Virus record (IMG/VR): IMGVR_UViG_3300036398_002939 | Span: 1-55,408 of that record | Length of the DNA stretch: 55,408 bases | Reading direction: 5' to 3' (one strand) | Origin: a virus | Lineage: Duplodnaviria; Caudoviricetes | Part shown: positions 27,398 through 37,033 of the stretch, in pieces | Layout: each line of letters begins with the position of its first letter | Numbering within the stretch: the first letter of the stretch is position 1 | Notes under the pieces: generated by a model | What the model saw: the letters and a program-made list of their open reading frames with translations, nothing else | Told to the model about the DNA's origin: nothing | Database searches by the model: none | Made by a program: the position numbers and the translations under genes

Positions 27398-29029
27398 TTA
27401 AACAGCTTTCAATTCTGAAACTTCTATATTAATTGCCTCACCTGCATATCTAAAATCGAGGGAAACTTTGTATTTGCTAACAGGTTTAGTTGATTTACTT
27501 TCATCTAGTTTTACAGTTGTAACAAATTCAACAAAAAATCCTTTACGATTGGGAGTATCACCTATAATTACTTTTTGTTTTTCATCCAAATTTAAAAATC
27601 CAGAACCATAAAATGTTTCCAAATGTGCAGTACCACCTTTTGAATTTCCAATCATCTTAAAAAACGTTGGCGATATTCCAGCCATCCCTATTGCATATGC
27701 AGTCATTGCAACGAATGCATTTTTTTCTTTGATTATAGTTTGATACACTTCTGGTATATTTAGTTTTTTACTATTAATACCGTCCAATACCCAAGCAGCA
27801 ACCATATAACATGATGTTTTTTTAAGAACAGTTTCGATATTCATAGATTTTAAATCTGGCGTTTGTGCTGGTATATCCATACCATTTTTTGTTAATACAC
27901 TTAAAAAATCTTTTCTCGATTTCCTATATTCTGTTTCTGATTTTTTTCTAACAGAGTCAAATAATTTTTTTATATTATTCTCAACACTACTCGGTATGAC
28001 AAATGAATTTAGATTTTTACTTGTAAATAACTCTCTAGTAGTATCTTTATCGTATCTACCTTTTGAATTTTTTATACTATTTAAATCTTTTGTACCAAAT
28101 GTTGTTTTTAATATTTTAAGTAAATCATTCTTAACTACATCGGCTTCTTTCAATTTTGATGAAAGTATTTCTGCGGAAGCGTGAGCAGTTGCAATATAAC
28201 CTATTGCCTTCTTTGCATCTTTTTCTACACTATTTAATGCTTGATTAAAATTATATGCAATGCTTAAAACATACTTTGAATTCCCAGTTAAAGCCGGTGC
28301 AGTTGGATAATTTTCTTCTCTCTTTAATGTTTTAAAAAAAGAAGTTGCCTTTCCGGCCTGTGCCTTTTCTTCTTTGAGAGAAATACCAATTAGCCCATCC
28401 GATGTGCTTTTTATATCAGATTGAAAGTAAGCATTAAAAGAATCGTCTCCAACATTTAATGTTTCAGCTGATAACATTTTTGATGCAACCGAATCATCAT
28501 TGTATATGTATATGTCTGCTGGACACCATTTATCTGGTGTTAATGAAATATCGTATCCGGTTTTTATCAATTCAACTGCTTTATTTCTCAATTTTGAATA
28601 TGTTTTATCTCCTCTGTCTGCCTGTACTGAACCATTAAATATTTCCTGTAATTTTTTTGAGACGGATAATGCATTGTAGTAGAATCCCTTTTCACTGCTT
28701 TTAACTATGTCATCTGATAAATGTTTAATCGCGGTTAATACAAGACCATAAGATTTTCCACCATAATATTCATCATCACTTGGTTCCGGCAGTGATATTT
28801 TTTTCTGATTTGTTTCTGGATTATTCAGTTTATCTTCAATCTGTTTCAGTTTTGCAGATGGTAGTGATGCGAAATAAACAACCAAACCCTCTTTAAATTC
28901 TGGAGTGTTTGTTTCTCTCAAAGTAGTTACTTCATCTATGATAGAATCTTTTGAAGATTCCTTCAAAATGTTTCGTATGGATTGAAGTATTATATTTTCA
29001 TTCTGTAAAAGATTTTTATAGTTACCCAT
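27398..29029 (-). CDS. Putative PD-(D/E)XK-type nuclease domain protein
   Basis: PDKWCPADIYI...IGISLK motif. Confidence 0.55.
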   Translation of the reverse strand: MGNYKNLLQNENIILQSIRNILKESSKDSIIDEVTTLRETNTPEFKEGLVVYFASLPSAKLKQIEDKLNNPETNQKKISLPEPSDDEYYGGKSYGLVLTAIKHLSDDIVKSSEKGFYYNALSVSKKLQEIFNGSVQADRGDKTYSKLRNKAVELIKTGYDISLTPDKWCPADIYIYNDDSVASKMLSAETLNVGDDSFNAYFQSDIKSTSDGLIGISLKEEKAQAGKATSFFKTLKREENYPTAPALTGNSKYVLSIAYNFNQALNSVEKDAKKAIGYIATAHASAEILSSKLKEADVVKNDLLKILKTTFGTKDLNSIKNSKGRYDKDTTRELFTSKNLNSFVIPSSVENNIKKLFDSVRKKSETEYRKSRKDFLSVLTKNGMDIPAQTPDLKSMNIETVLKKTSCYMVAAWVLDGINSKKLNIPEVYQTIIKEKNAFVAMTAYAIGMAGISPTFFKMIGNSKGGTAHLETFYGSGFLNLDEKQKVIIGDTPNRKGFFVEFVTTVKLDESKSTKPVSKYKVSLDFRYAGEAINIEVSELKAV

Positions 29030-29636
29030 TTAAAATAACTCCGAGTATTTTTCCAAACTTGATGGTATATTTTATTCTGTCCTGTAAACCGTTTGTTCCA
29101 CCGTTTATTTTTTTGGTCAATTCGGTGATAACACTTTCATTTAATCCTTTATCTGATACGGAATTTAACTTATTTTTATGAAAAAACCAAGCAGCAGATA
29201 ATAAAGGATATTTTTTAGAAACCAAATCTGGATTGGATATTATATCATCTTTAACAAAAGTATCAAATGCAGAATAATTATTTTTTCCTGTTAATTGAAT
29301 ATATCCTCTGCCCCTAAATTTCCAACCATCATGTGTTCCTTCTGCACCATTTCCCATTCTATTAGCATAAACTCTTGATGCAATTCTCTCTGGATTTCTT
29401 GCATATGCCTCAGCAAGACCAGGTTGTTTAAAATACTTTGGGAAAACTGTAATCAAACCCTTTGAAGAATAGTTTAGATTTTCTGTATTAAATTTAAAGT
29501 TACCACTTTCGTGTGCACATTGTCCCAAGAAATGTGATAATCTTATTGAAGTATTTATTGTAAAAGTATCAATTACAGACTGTATTTCATTATAGACTGA
29601 ATCCGGTATCTGTCCTTTTAATTTTCCAACATCCAT
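29022..29636 (-). CDS. GH19 (chitinase/lysozyme-like) endolysin
   Basis: FLGQCAHESG, ENLNYS, YANRMGNG, FRGRGYIQLTGKNNY, INGGTNGL. Confidence 0.93.
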   Translation of the reverse strand: MDVGKLKGQIPDSVYNEIQSVIDTFTINTSIRLSHFLGQCAHESGNFKFNTENLNYSSKGLITVFPKYFKQPGLAEAYARNPERIASRVYANRMGNGAEGTHDGWKFRGRGYIQLTGKNNYSAFDTFVKDDIISNPDLVSKKYPLLSAAWFFHKNKLNSVSDKGLNESVITELTKKINGGTNGLQDRIKYTIKFGKILGVILNG

Positions 29637-29637
29637 A

Positions 29638-30000
29638 TCAATCACCGGTCCAATGTTCAACTCTAACTGGAACTACTATCGTATCTTCGTTTTGTTCCGG
29701 TCTACCTGAACTGTAAGATGTGTTGTAGTTCTCTAACTTATCACATATATCTCTTGCAATTATAGATGCATCTTTAATAAGTTTATCTCTATTAAATTCA
29801 TCTGTCATACCAACAGACTTCAATCCAAATATGATTTGCATACGTGTTGTTCCTCTGTTAGAAGAAAATCCACCCTTATCGTGTTCTATTTTTAAAATAG
29901 TTAGTACCGGATGATTTATTTTGTAGTGTTCATCCGCCTTTGAAGGACCGGTTGGCATATCTGTATTATCTTCTTTTAATATATCTTTTAATTTAATCAT
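29638..30000 (-). CDS. MIKL-tag hypothetical protein
   Basis: MIKLKDILKE. Confidence 0.75.
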   Translation of the reverse strand: MIKLKDILKEDNTDMPTGPSKADEHYKINHPVLTILKIEHDKGGFSSNRGTTRMQIIFGLKSVGMTDEFNRDKLIKDASIIARDICDKLENYNTSYSSGRPEQNEDTIVVPVRVEHWTGD

Positions 30001-30020
30001 AATCTTCTCTTTATTTTTAT

Positions 30021-30314
30021 TTAATCAAATTGTGGATATAAACCTTCTGTTGCAATATAGTATGGGATATATGGTTTTCCGTTATACATATCACCGGTAT
30101 TCAAGTGTATTGGATTACCATGTTCATCCTTTGGTCTTAAATCTGGAACAGCAAAGTGGTCACGACCATCGCCACCAAATTGAAATCCGATTAATGAAAA
30201 CAATGCCTCATGGTTTTTAACCGGTAAAACTTGTCCATTACAATGAGCCCAACCAATCAAATCTCTATTAACATAATATGCAAATTGCATTACTGTTCCG
30301 ATGTAAATATCCAT
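30021..30314 (-). CDS. Phage tail-collar domain protein
   Basis: YIGTVMQFA...GWAHCNGQ.L...ALFSLIG..FGGDG...FAVPDLR. Confidence 0.88.
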   Translation of the reverse strand: MDIYIGTVMQFAYYVNRDLIGWAHCNGQVLPVKNHEALFSLIGFQFGGDGRDHFAVPDLRPKDEHGNPIHLNTGDMYNGKPYIPYYIATEGLYPQFD

Positions 30315-30380
30315 ACTATAACTCCATATATTAAATGTGAAACTAACACATATAAATATCAATGAAATACAAAATAAACA

Positions 30381-30409
30381 GAAATCGCCAGACATAATCT
30401 GGCGACTTC
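30381..30409 (-). terminator. Intrinsic terminator
   Basis: TCGCCAGA-CATAA-TCTGGCGA with a U-rich tail on the minus strand. Confidence 0.7.
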
Positions 30410-30440
30410 GTAACTCCATTAACACATGGTTATTGAGATA

Positions 30441-31628
30441 TTATTCTACAACTACCCAATCAGTTCCGTTGAACCAAAGTGTTCTGGATTGATTTGGCCA
30501 AAGTGTATAATCAAGGTTAGTATCAGTTCCCCAAACACTATCCTTAATAGTAAGATTGTTTGCAGTTGAACCATTGAAGATTGTTACAAGTTGTCCAGTG
30601 GTTGGTGAAGTGACAGTTGCAATATTGTAATCAACAGCAACACGACTTACGACCCAACGAGAATCACTTGGCAGTGATAGTGGAGCAGTAGTATAAACTA
30701 CAACACTATTTGTTCTATGTTGTGGATTCACTTCCCATGTGATTCCAAGTAAACCACGAGTGGCATAAGAACCGATTGGAGCAGTTAGACTACCTTCGAG
30801 TGATGAAAGTCTAACAGATTCAGGTTGAAAGTTACGATGTTCTATTGAATTATCAACTAACGTTTTTGCCGTATCTGCAAGGACTGAGCGAGCAGAGTTT
30901 GTTGCAAAGGCAGATGTGGATGCAAAATTTGCATGGTCTGCATCATAAGCGAATACTGATGTGTCTGCATCAAAAGAGTGACGTGCATCTAAAGCAAATC
31001 TTGATGTATCGGATTTAGCAGAATGTGCAGCCGTTGAGGCATAGGTTGCCAAGTCTGAAAGAGTTGCCTTACCAGCGGCTCTACTTGTATCTGAATATTT
31101 ACTTGTATTTGAATGATTACTGACTGCAGTTGAATCTGCAAATGTTGCAGTCACAGAAGAACCCGCATTTCTAGCAAAAGTAGAAGTATCAGCCTTCTCA
31201 GCGGTTTTTGCAGAAACTGCATTTGTTGCATTAGTTGCCAAATCCGCATTAGTTGAGAATTTCGATTTTAAAGCATAAGGGACTCTATACATAGGCAATC
31301 TACCAATTTTCTGTCCATTGACATACGCATAAACGAAAATATTAGATTGATTATCAACTAAAATATTATCCGGAATATCTTTTAATGTATAATTAACAAT
31401 TCCGTTTGAAACTTCAATATCAACGTTTTCTACATACCAAAGTGCAGATGCATTAAGATGTGAGTTTTCATCAAATGTATCGTCTGCCAAATAAACAGAA
31501 AACTTCGACTGATTAGGCGTTCCAGCTGGAACATGAGCTTGATATTGCAAGCTAGTTTGTGCAGAAAGATTTACTGCAAAGATAAACGAAAGTGCGAGAA
31601 TAAAATAACGCATAACTAAATTCCTCAT
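30441..31628 (-). CDS. Secreted fibre-like protein with Ala-x-x repeats
   Basis: Signal peptide ending LSA-Q; YQA...LW..E...NG...VPYAL, then A-x-x-A repeats. Confidence 0.75.
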   Translation of the reverse strand: MRNLVMRYFILALSFIFAVNLSAQTSLQYQAHVPAGTPNQSKFSVYLADDTFDENSHLNASALWYVENVDIEVSNGIVNYTLKDIPDNILVDNQSNIFVYAYVNGQKIGRLPMYRVPYALKSKFSTNADLATNATNAVSAKTAEKADTSTFARNAGSSVTATFADSTAVSNHSNTSKYSDTSRAAGKATLSDLATYASTAAHSAKSDTSRFALDARHSFDADTSVFAYDADHANFASTSAFATNSARSVLADTAKTLVDNSIEHRNFQPESVRLSSLEGSLTAPIGSYATRGLLGITWEVNPQHRTNSVVVYTTAPLSLPSDSRWVVSRVAVDYNIATVTSPTTGQLVTIFNGSTANNLTIKDSVWGTDTNLDYTLWPNQSRTLWFNGTDWVVVE

Positions 31629-31633
31629 AAATA

Positions 31634-32074
31634 TTAATTAAAAATTACTGTTGATGACTGAACTAAATTTTCTTTATTGGTAACACGAACAATATAAACT
31701 CCCTTATTAGGCAAAGTAATTGTTTCTCCAGAAAAGTTAAAATAACTAGCAACGACTTTACCATTCAGGTCAAATACCCGAACATCCTTAATGTTTTCTG
31801 CATTCAAATTGAATCCACCACTGTTTGTTGGATTCGGATATACAGAGACATTAAATTCTGACAGTTGGTAGTTTTCCTCGTTACCAACAGAAAGCGCAAC
31901 TTTACTCGGAATACGTATTCCAACATGGAATCCGTTAGAGTAACCACCAATCACTTGTCCAAGTGACGCATTTTTGTTTCCACCAACAACTATCTTTTTC
32001 AGAAGATGTGGTGATGTTTCATTTGATATACTTATCGTATAACAAATAAGAAGAGCAATGATATACTTCATCAT
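31634..32074 (-). CDS. T9SS (Por) C-terminal sorting-domain protein
   Basis: Signal peptide; VYPNP...VFDLNGKVV...GVYIVRV. Confidence 0.85.
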   Translation of the reverse strand: MMKYIIALLICYTISISNETSPHLLKKIVVGGNKNASLGQVIGGYSNGFHVGIRIPSKVALSVGNEENYQLSEFNVSVYPNPTNSGGFNLNAENIKDVRVFDLNGKVVASYFNFSGETITLPNKGVYIVRVTNKENLVQSSTVIFN

Positions 32075-32202
32075 TAAAACTCCATATTGGTTAATAATAC
32101 TGTAATTAATATGTTTTTGATTCAATACAAATATATTGAATTTAGATGAATCTACAAAGCATTTTTTTATATTTTTGGTTGGCAAAATATGTATATTTTG
32201 TA

Positions 32203-32535
32203 TTATGGGTTTGGGTTGGCATCTATTATTTTCTCACGAATCCAATCGTAAGTCTCTGATGATTGGCTATTAACTCTCCATTCTTTAACTTGTTTGTAAT
32301 CCAAATCGTTTGAACCAAATGGTCTAACATCGGATATTTGAACAGTCTGACCTCCTTCAAATTCTATTGTCCATGCACATTTTTCTATACCATCAAATTC
32401 ATCACCGTAGTCTGTACAAAATGTTGGTTGTCCAAATGCCTTTAATATGTGTCTGTATTCACACCCAATAACGCCTATTTGTGGTGCAAGTTTTACTGAT
32501 ACATTTTTGCTAACTCTGTGTTTTGGATAATTCAT
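32203..32535 (-). CDS. Conserved phage hypothetical protein
   Basis: FGQPT...K..WTIEF..G...I.D...W pattern. Confidence 0.7.
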   Translation of the reverse strand: MNYPKHRVSKNVSVKLAPQIGVIGCEYRHILKAFGQPTFCTDYGDEFDGIEKCAWTIEFEGGQTVQISDVRPFGSNDLDYKQVKEWRVNSQSSETYDWIREKIIDANPNP

Positions 32536-32723
32536 AATAACCTCAAATATTCATTTGTTTAAAAATTAAATTAGTTGCCATATTGATAAAATATATTCCT
32601 ATTGCAAATGGTAAGCCAAACAAAAATGTAAATAATATAACAGAAATAAAATATATTAAATATATTATCGGTGTAAATATACCATAAGAAATAAATTCAA
32701 AAAAACTATTCTTCATAAAACCC

Positions 32724-33017
32724 TCAATTCTTTGTAAGATAATCTATAACTTCTTTGTAATCTACTTTGTCCAAATCTAACATCTTTTTTAAGAATACTA
32801 GATCCAGTTTTTTCAATTCTGTTTTTATGAATTGCTTCATATGGTCTTTTAATATAGGAGTGAGTAGTTCCGCAAACGTATCTTCTGTAAATCTTTCGTC
32901 CCCATCAAATAACAAAAATTCTTCATCTATTGAAGATTGCATTTTTTCTTTTAAATTTACATCGAGATATATTAAATCCGTAACCGTTCTTGTATCAAAA
33001 TTCATAGTATTAATCAT
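32724..33017 (-). CDS. Hypothetical protein
   Basis: Co-oriented ORF. Confidence 0.6.
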   Translation of the reverse strand: MINTMNFDTRTVTDLIYLDVNLKEKMQSSIDEEFLLFDGDERFTEDTFAELLTPILKDHMKQFIKTELKKLDLVFLKKMLDLDKVDYKEVIDYLTKN

Positions 33018-33207
33018 GTGTCTTTTCAAACAAATAATCTTCTAAAACTGGAGTATTAGTTAGTAAAGTATAAGCTGCTATTTTTATATCACTATCGGTC
33101 ATTCCTCTTTTTTTAGCTTCCTTTAAATCTTTTTTTAGTATCTTGGTTTTATTACCGTTGTTACAATAAAGATTCAGTCCATCAATGAAAACAAAAAAAT
33201 CACGCAT
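33010..33207 (-). CDS. Hypothetical protein
   Basis: Co-oriented ORF. Confidence 0.55.
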   Translation of the reverse strand: MRDFFVFIDGLNLYCNNGNKTKILKKDLKEAKKRGMTDSDIKIAAYTLLTNTPVLEDYLFEKTHD

Positions 33208-33216
33208 ACAAATACT

Positions 33217-33804
33217 TTATTTAATTAAAAAATCATCTTCATCTTCATCTTCAAATTCGTCTTCCTCAAAATCTTCATCATCCCAATCATAATCTTCATC
33301 GTCTTCAAAATCTAATTCATCTTCTTCAACATCATCCCAATCATAATCTTCATCGTCATATTCTAATTCATCATCTTCAATTTCATCGTTTTTCATATGA
33401 TTTTCTCCATTAAAATATTTTAAATAACCATTCACTGCCCGTAAGTAATCTTCGGCAATAGTGACTTTTGATTGTAACCAGTCTTCAAATGTATCACTTT
33501 CATCTATCATATGATAAATGCGTTCAGCATTCTCCATTATAGATAACAACTGTGCTTTAAGCATTTCACCTTCACCTTCAAAGGATTCGTTGTATTTTTT
33601 GTATTCTTTTTTCAAACGATTTTCAATTAACTTAACCACTTTACTTGCAGTTTCATATTTTTTTGAATTTACATTTTTTAAACTAGATGCCGTATTTACA
33701 GCTTCAACAAGTGTCTTATTTAAGTTATTTATTTTCATTCTAGACATTTCTTGATTTACTGCAGTCTGTATTTCATTCTGTAAAAATTCTTTTAATGAAT
33801 CCAT
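33217..33804 (-). CDS. Phage protein with WxQSK(V/I)TxAxDYL domain and acidic repeat tail
   Basis: EGEMLKAQL...EDWLQSKVTIAEDYL; duplicated DDEDYDWDD. Confidence 0.75.
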   Translation of the reverse strand: MDSLKEFLQNEIQTAVNQEMSRMKINNLNKTLVEAVNTASSLKNVNSKKYETASKVVKLIENRLKKEYKKYNESFEGEGEMLKAQLLSIMENAERIYHMIDESDTFEDWLQSKVTIAEDYLRAVNGYLKYFNGENHMKNDEIEDDELEYDDEDYDWDDVEEDELDFEDDEDYDWDDEDFEEDEFEDEDEDDFLIK

Positions 33805-33870
33805 TACTTTCTCCAAACATAGAATACCTCAAATAATATAAGGAATTTCTATTAAATTGCAAAATATATT

Positions 33871-34242
33871 TTATTCTTTTTCTTTTTCATCCGAAGATTC
33901 TTTCTTTTTGAAACCAATTATCTTTGTTTGTTTTTTGTAATCATCCAAATCTACTGTTGGTTCAAAATCGTTTTGAGCAACTCGTGTGTCCAAATCTACA
34001 AATGCATCAAGAAACTTATCTTTGTTTTTGGGTATTATAGATTTTTTATTCATAAGTGGTTCTACCGTATCAACATAATCTTGTTTTTCAGAATCAGAAG
34101 TAGGTTGAGATAATTTATTTTTTAATTTCGATGTATCTTTTGGTGAGTATGAAGTTACCCTATGACCAAAAACATCTTCCATCATTTTGATAATCTCTGC
34201 AGTTTCTTTTATTTCTTTGTCATATGTTTTATAGTTTTTCAA
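33871..34242 (-). CDS. Charged hypothetical protein
   Basis: Co-oriented ORF. Confidence 0.6.
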   Translation of the reverse strand: MKNYKTYDKEIKETAEIIKMMEDVFGHRVTSYSPKDTSKLKNKLSQPTSDSEKQDYVDTVEPLMNKKSIIPKNKDKFLDAFVDLDTRVAQNDFEPTVDLDDYKKQTKIIGFKKKESSDEKEKE

Positions 34243-34245
34243 TTA

Positions 34246-34434
34246 TTAACTCTTATATGGAAATAAATCATTTAATTTCTGGCGTCTTTTATTACATCCA
34301 CAATCTTCTTTACCCATAGACTGTGCTATGTTTTCTGCAACTTTGTCCAACCCAACAGCATGAGTAACCTTTGCAATAGTATCGCCAAGACCTTTCGATT
34401 GCTCATTTTTTGTTTGTTCTGATTGTTCACTCAT
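34246..34434 (-). CDS. Conserved small phage protein (GLGD...DCGC..R..LN)
   Basis: SKGLGDTIAKVT...EDCGCNKRRQKLN. Confidence 0.75.
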   Translation of the reverse strand: MSEQSEQTKNEQSKGLGDTIAKVTHAVGLDKVAENIAQSMGKEDCGCNKRRQKLNDLFPYKS

Positions 34435-34455
34435 AATAACCACCTTCAATTAGTT

Positions 34456-34812
34456 TTACTTTAATGTAATTAAGTATTTAAGTTTATTAAATTCCGCTAA
34501 CATTTCATCTCTGATATTCAATAAGTCTGTATCTGTCTGTGAATCAAGTACGTTATCGAGATTCAATAAATATAAAACAGTTTCATCTATAAAAGAAACA
34601 ACATCTTTTTCATTTCTATTGTATACTTTGAATGGCAATGCAGGAACTCTACCGTATTTACCCATAAGAATTTCAACAAAACCATCAATTAAACCGTCCA
34701 TTGCATCATATGTCCCACCATATGCTTGATGACGAGCATATGATTTTGTTTGCCAATGAAAGAATCTTAATTGTGTTTGTATTGCAACTAGTGTGCTTGC
34801 TATTTCATGCAT
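34456..34812 (-). CDS. Ferritin/Dps-like four-helix protein (DUF5856-like)
   Basis: HWQTKSYARH...Y..M..LID.FVE...LLNIRDEM....KLKYLITL. Confidence 0.8.
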   Translation of the reverse strand: MHEIASTLVAIQTQLRFFHWQTKSYARHQAYGGTYDAMDGLIDGFVEILMGKYGRVPALPFKVYNRNEKDVVSFIDETVLYLLNLDNVLDSQTDTDLLNIRDEMLAEFNKLKYLITLK

Positions 34813-34888
34813 TAAACCACTCCAAAATAAAAAATACCATACTCATATAAATATATGGTTTAAAAATAAAAATTGTTTATTATTATTT

Positions 34889-35713
34889 TTAACAAAAAGT
34901 ATTTAAACAATAGTTGTGAAAGTCCACAACAGTTTTCATAGACTTTTCATAAATATCATTTATATGATTCTTAACCAAATGTTTAGTTTCAATAGACCAT
35001 TTTTCATTTTCAAAACCATATGATATTCCATATTTTACAAATTCATTATCATAATATTGTTTAGGTGAAATATCTAAATCCGGTATAACTATACTTGTAC
35101 ACCCACACATAGCAGCTATAATAGAATAATATGTATGTACATCGTAGGAAATGAATCGTTCATATTTATTAAACGTATTCAATAAAAATTGATCAGTAAA
35201 TTCACCATGTAAAAACTCATCAATATAAAATCCTTCTATCCTATCAACCGGTTTGTGATTTCCTTTTTTTATCAAAAAACAATCACCATGCCTTTCATCC
35301 TTTTTATCATAAAAAAAATTTGTTTTTGTATCAAATATATTTAGTATGATATTATTGGCATATTTAGTACCGATGCCATATTCTTTATGATACAAAAAAA
35401 CGTGTTCTGTTTCGGAATACTCTTTTGTCCCACCATGTATTCCTGGATAATACAAAACCCATCTTACAACATTCTTTGCATTCAATATATTATGTAAAAC
35501 AACTTCTGGATATATTACAACACAATCTTTTTCAGAAGCAAGACGATATGAGTCATTGTGAGATATAACATTTGCCTTTGATTCATCAAATGTTTTATCA
35601 CAAACAACATATGTTTCTGAATTTAAACTCGATAGTACGTCAGCCAACTTGTGTAAAACTACTACACCACCCATGTTTTTATTGTAATCTAAACCATAAA
35701 CTAAATATTTCAT
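34889..35713 (-). CDS. GT-B-like glycosyltransferase (WavQ-like)
   Basis: GGVVVLHKL, VIYPE...N.L.A..VVRW.L, FISYD..T...AAMCGC.SIVIP. Confidence 0.7.
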   Translation of the reverse strand: MKYLVYGLDYNKNMGGVVVLHKLADVLSSLNSETYVVCDKTFDESKANVISHNDSYRLASEKDCVVIYPEVVLHNILNAKNVVRWVLYYPGIHGGTKEYSETEHVFLYHKEYGIGTKYANNIILNIFDTKTNFFYDKKDERHGDCFLIKKGNHKPVDRIEGFYIDEFLHGEFTDQFLLNTFNKYERFISYDVHTYYSIIAAMCGCTSIVIPDLDISPKQYYDNEFVKYGISYGFENEKWSIETKHLVKNHINDIYEKSMKTVVDFHNYCLNTFC

Positions 35714-35722
35714 ATATTAATC

Positions 35723-37033
35723 TCATTTGAAAATACAAATTGGATCTTTAATCAAATAATTCCAATTCGGATTCATGTGTTTCAAATTATTTATTCTATT
35801 GTTCTTTTCATTTATTTGAAACCGAATACCTTCATATTCGTATAACCCAATGCTTGCATCGTGTATCATTTCTTGAATATTAAAAAATACTTTTGAATAT
35901 GAATCAAATGACTTAACTAAATTAGAATGTTTACAATATATCATTATATCATCTTTTATATCCGTTCCATCTGAAAATAGTATCTTATTTTTAAAATCCG
36001 TTGGATTAAACTTATGAGAAACACTATCCCAATAATCTTTTGAATAGTTCCACCTTAAATTACTATAATAGTTAGAATTAAATTCTAATGTATGTATCAG
36101 ATAATCAACAACAGATTTATCATTAAAATACAATCTTGATACATATGGCTCTATTGATAACACAAAATTTAAATCTACGAAAGAATCCATTTCTATAAAA
36201 CATCCAATTTCATATACGAAATCTATTTTATGACCGAACCTTCCCCATTTTCTAATGAACCGAAATACTTCTTGAATATCTGCATTTTTTTGTAATTCGT
36301 TTTTGTATTTAGAATCATCATCATTTTTATACCAATCTTTTCCTCTGGAAGAAACACAAGTAAAATGATAAACTATTGTTTTCCAAGATTGTATTAATTT
36401 TATATCATTTAATTTACATCTAACTACAAAATCTGAATCTTCTCTTGAACATCTAAACTGTGTATCGAATCCACTTACAACATCAAACCAAGTTTTTTTG
36501 AACAATGCAAATGGTGCAAAATATACATCATTCATAATAGTTCTATCTTCATTTTGAATATCTTTCACTATTCTATTGAATTTATCAAAATTAAATTCTT
36601 CTGGAGTTATACCAATATTCTCAACTATCTTTTCCGGAGAAGGTGGATGTAGCGGTGGTTCAATTCTTGTAAATGATAAAACAGTATTAACATCGGATAA
36701 ATCATTTCCAATGTGAACATCTAAATCCTTTCCAACTACCATATCGGATTGTAAATAACAAACTATATCATTTTTTGCTGCATCAAACATTACAGAAACA
36801 TTTCTTTGACTTCCAAATGGATAGCCAGTTTCATTACGATATATTTTCATATTTGGAAATGTCTGTTTCTTTTCTATTAAAGTATCGTATGTATTTTGAT
36901 TATCTGAATCTACAAAAATTAAAATCTCATGGTTTTCTATTTGAGTATTATTCTTTAAAGATTCTAACAATAAAATCGTATAATCTTTTTCATTATTTGC
37001 AGTCGGTATACAAAATGTTATCGGTTTAATCAT
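35723..37033 (-). CDS. Glycosyltransferase family 2
   Basis: ITFCIP, SDM, GFD..F...EDSD, YHFT. Confidence 0.8.
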   Translation of the reverse strand: MIKPITFCIPTANNEKDYTILLLESLKNNTQIENHEILIFVDSDNQNTYDTLIEKKQTFPNMKIYRNETGYPFGSQRNVSVMFDAAKNDIVCYLQSDMVVGKDLDVHIGNDLSDVNTVLSFTRIEPPLHPPSPEKIVENIGITPEEFNFDKFNRIVKDIQNEDRTIMNDVYFAPFALFKKTWFDVVSGFDTQFRCSREDSDFVVRCKLNDIKLIQSWKTIVYHFTCVSSRGKDWYKNDDDSKYKNELQKNADIQEVFRFIRKWGRFGHKIDFVYEIGCFIEMDSFVDLNFVLSIEPYVSRLYFNDKSVVDYLIHTLEFNSNYYSNLRWNYSKDYWDSVSHKFNPTDFKNKILFSDGTDIKDDIMIYCKHSNLVKSFDSYSKVFFNIQEMIHDASIGLYEYEGIRFQINEKNNRINNLKHMNPNWNYLIKDPICIFK

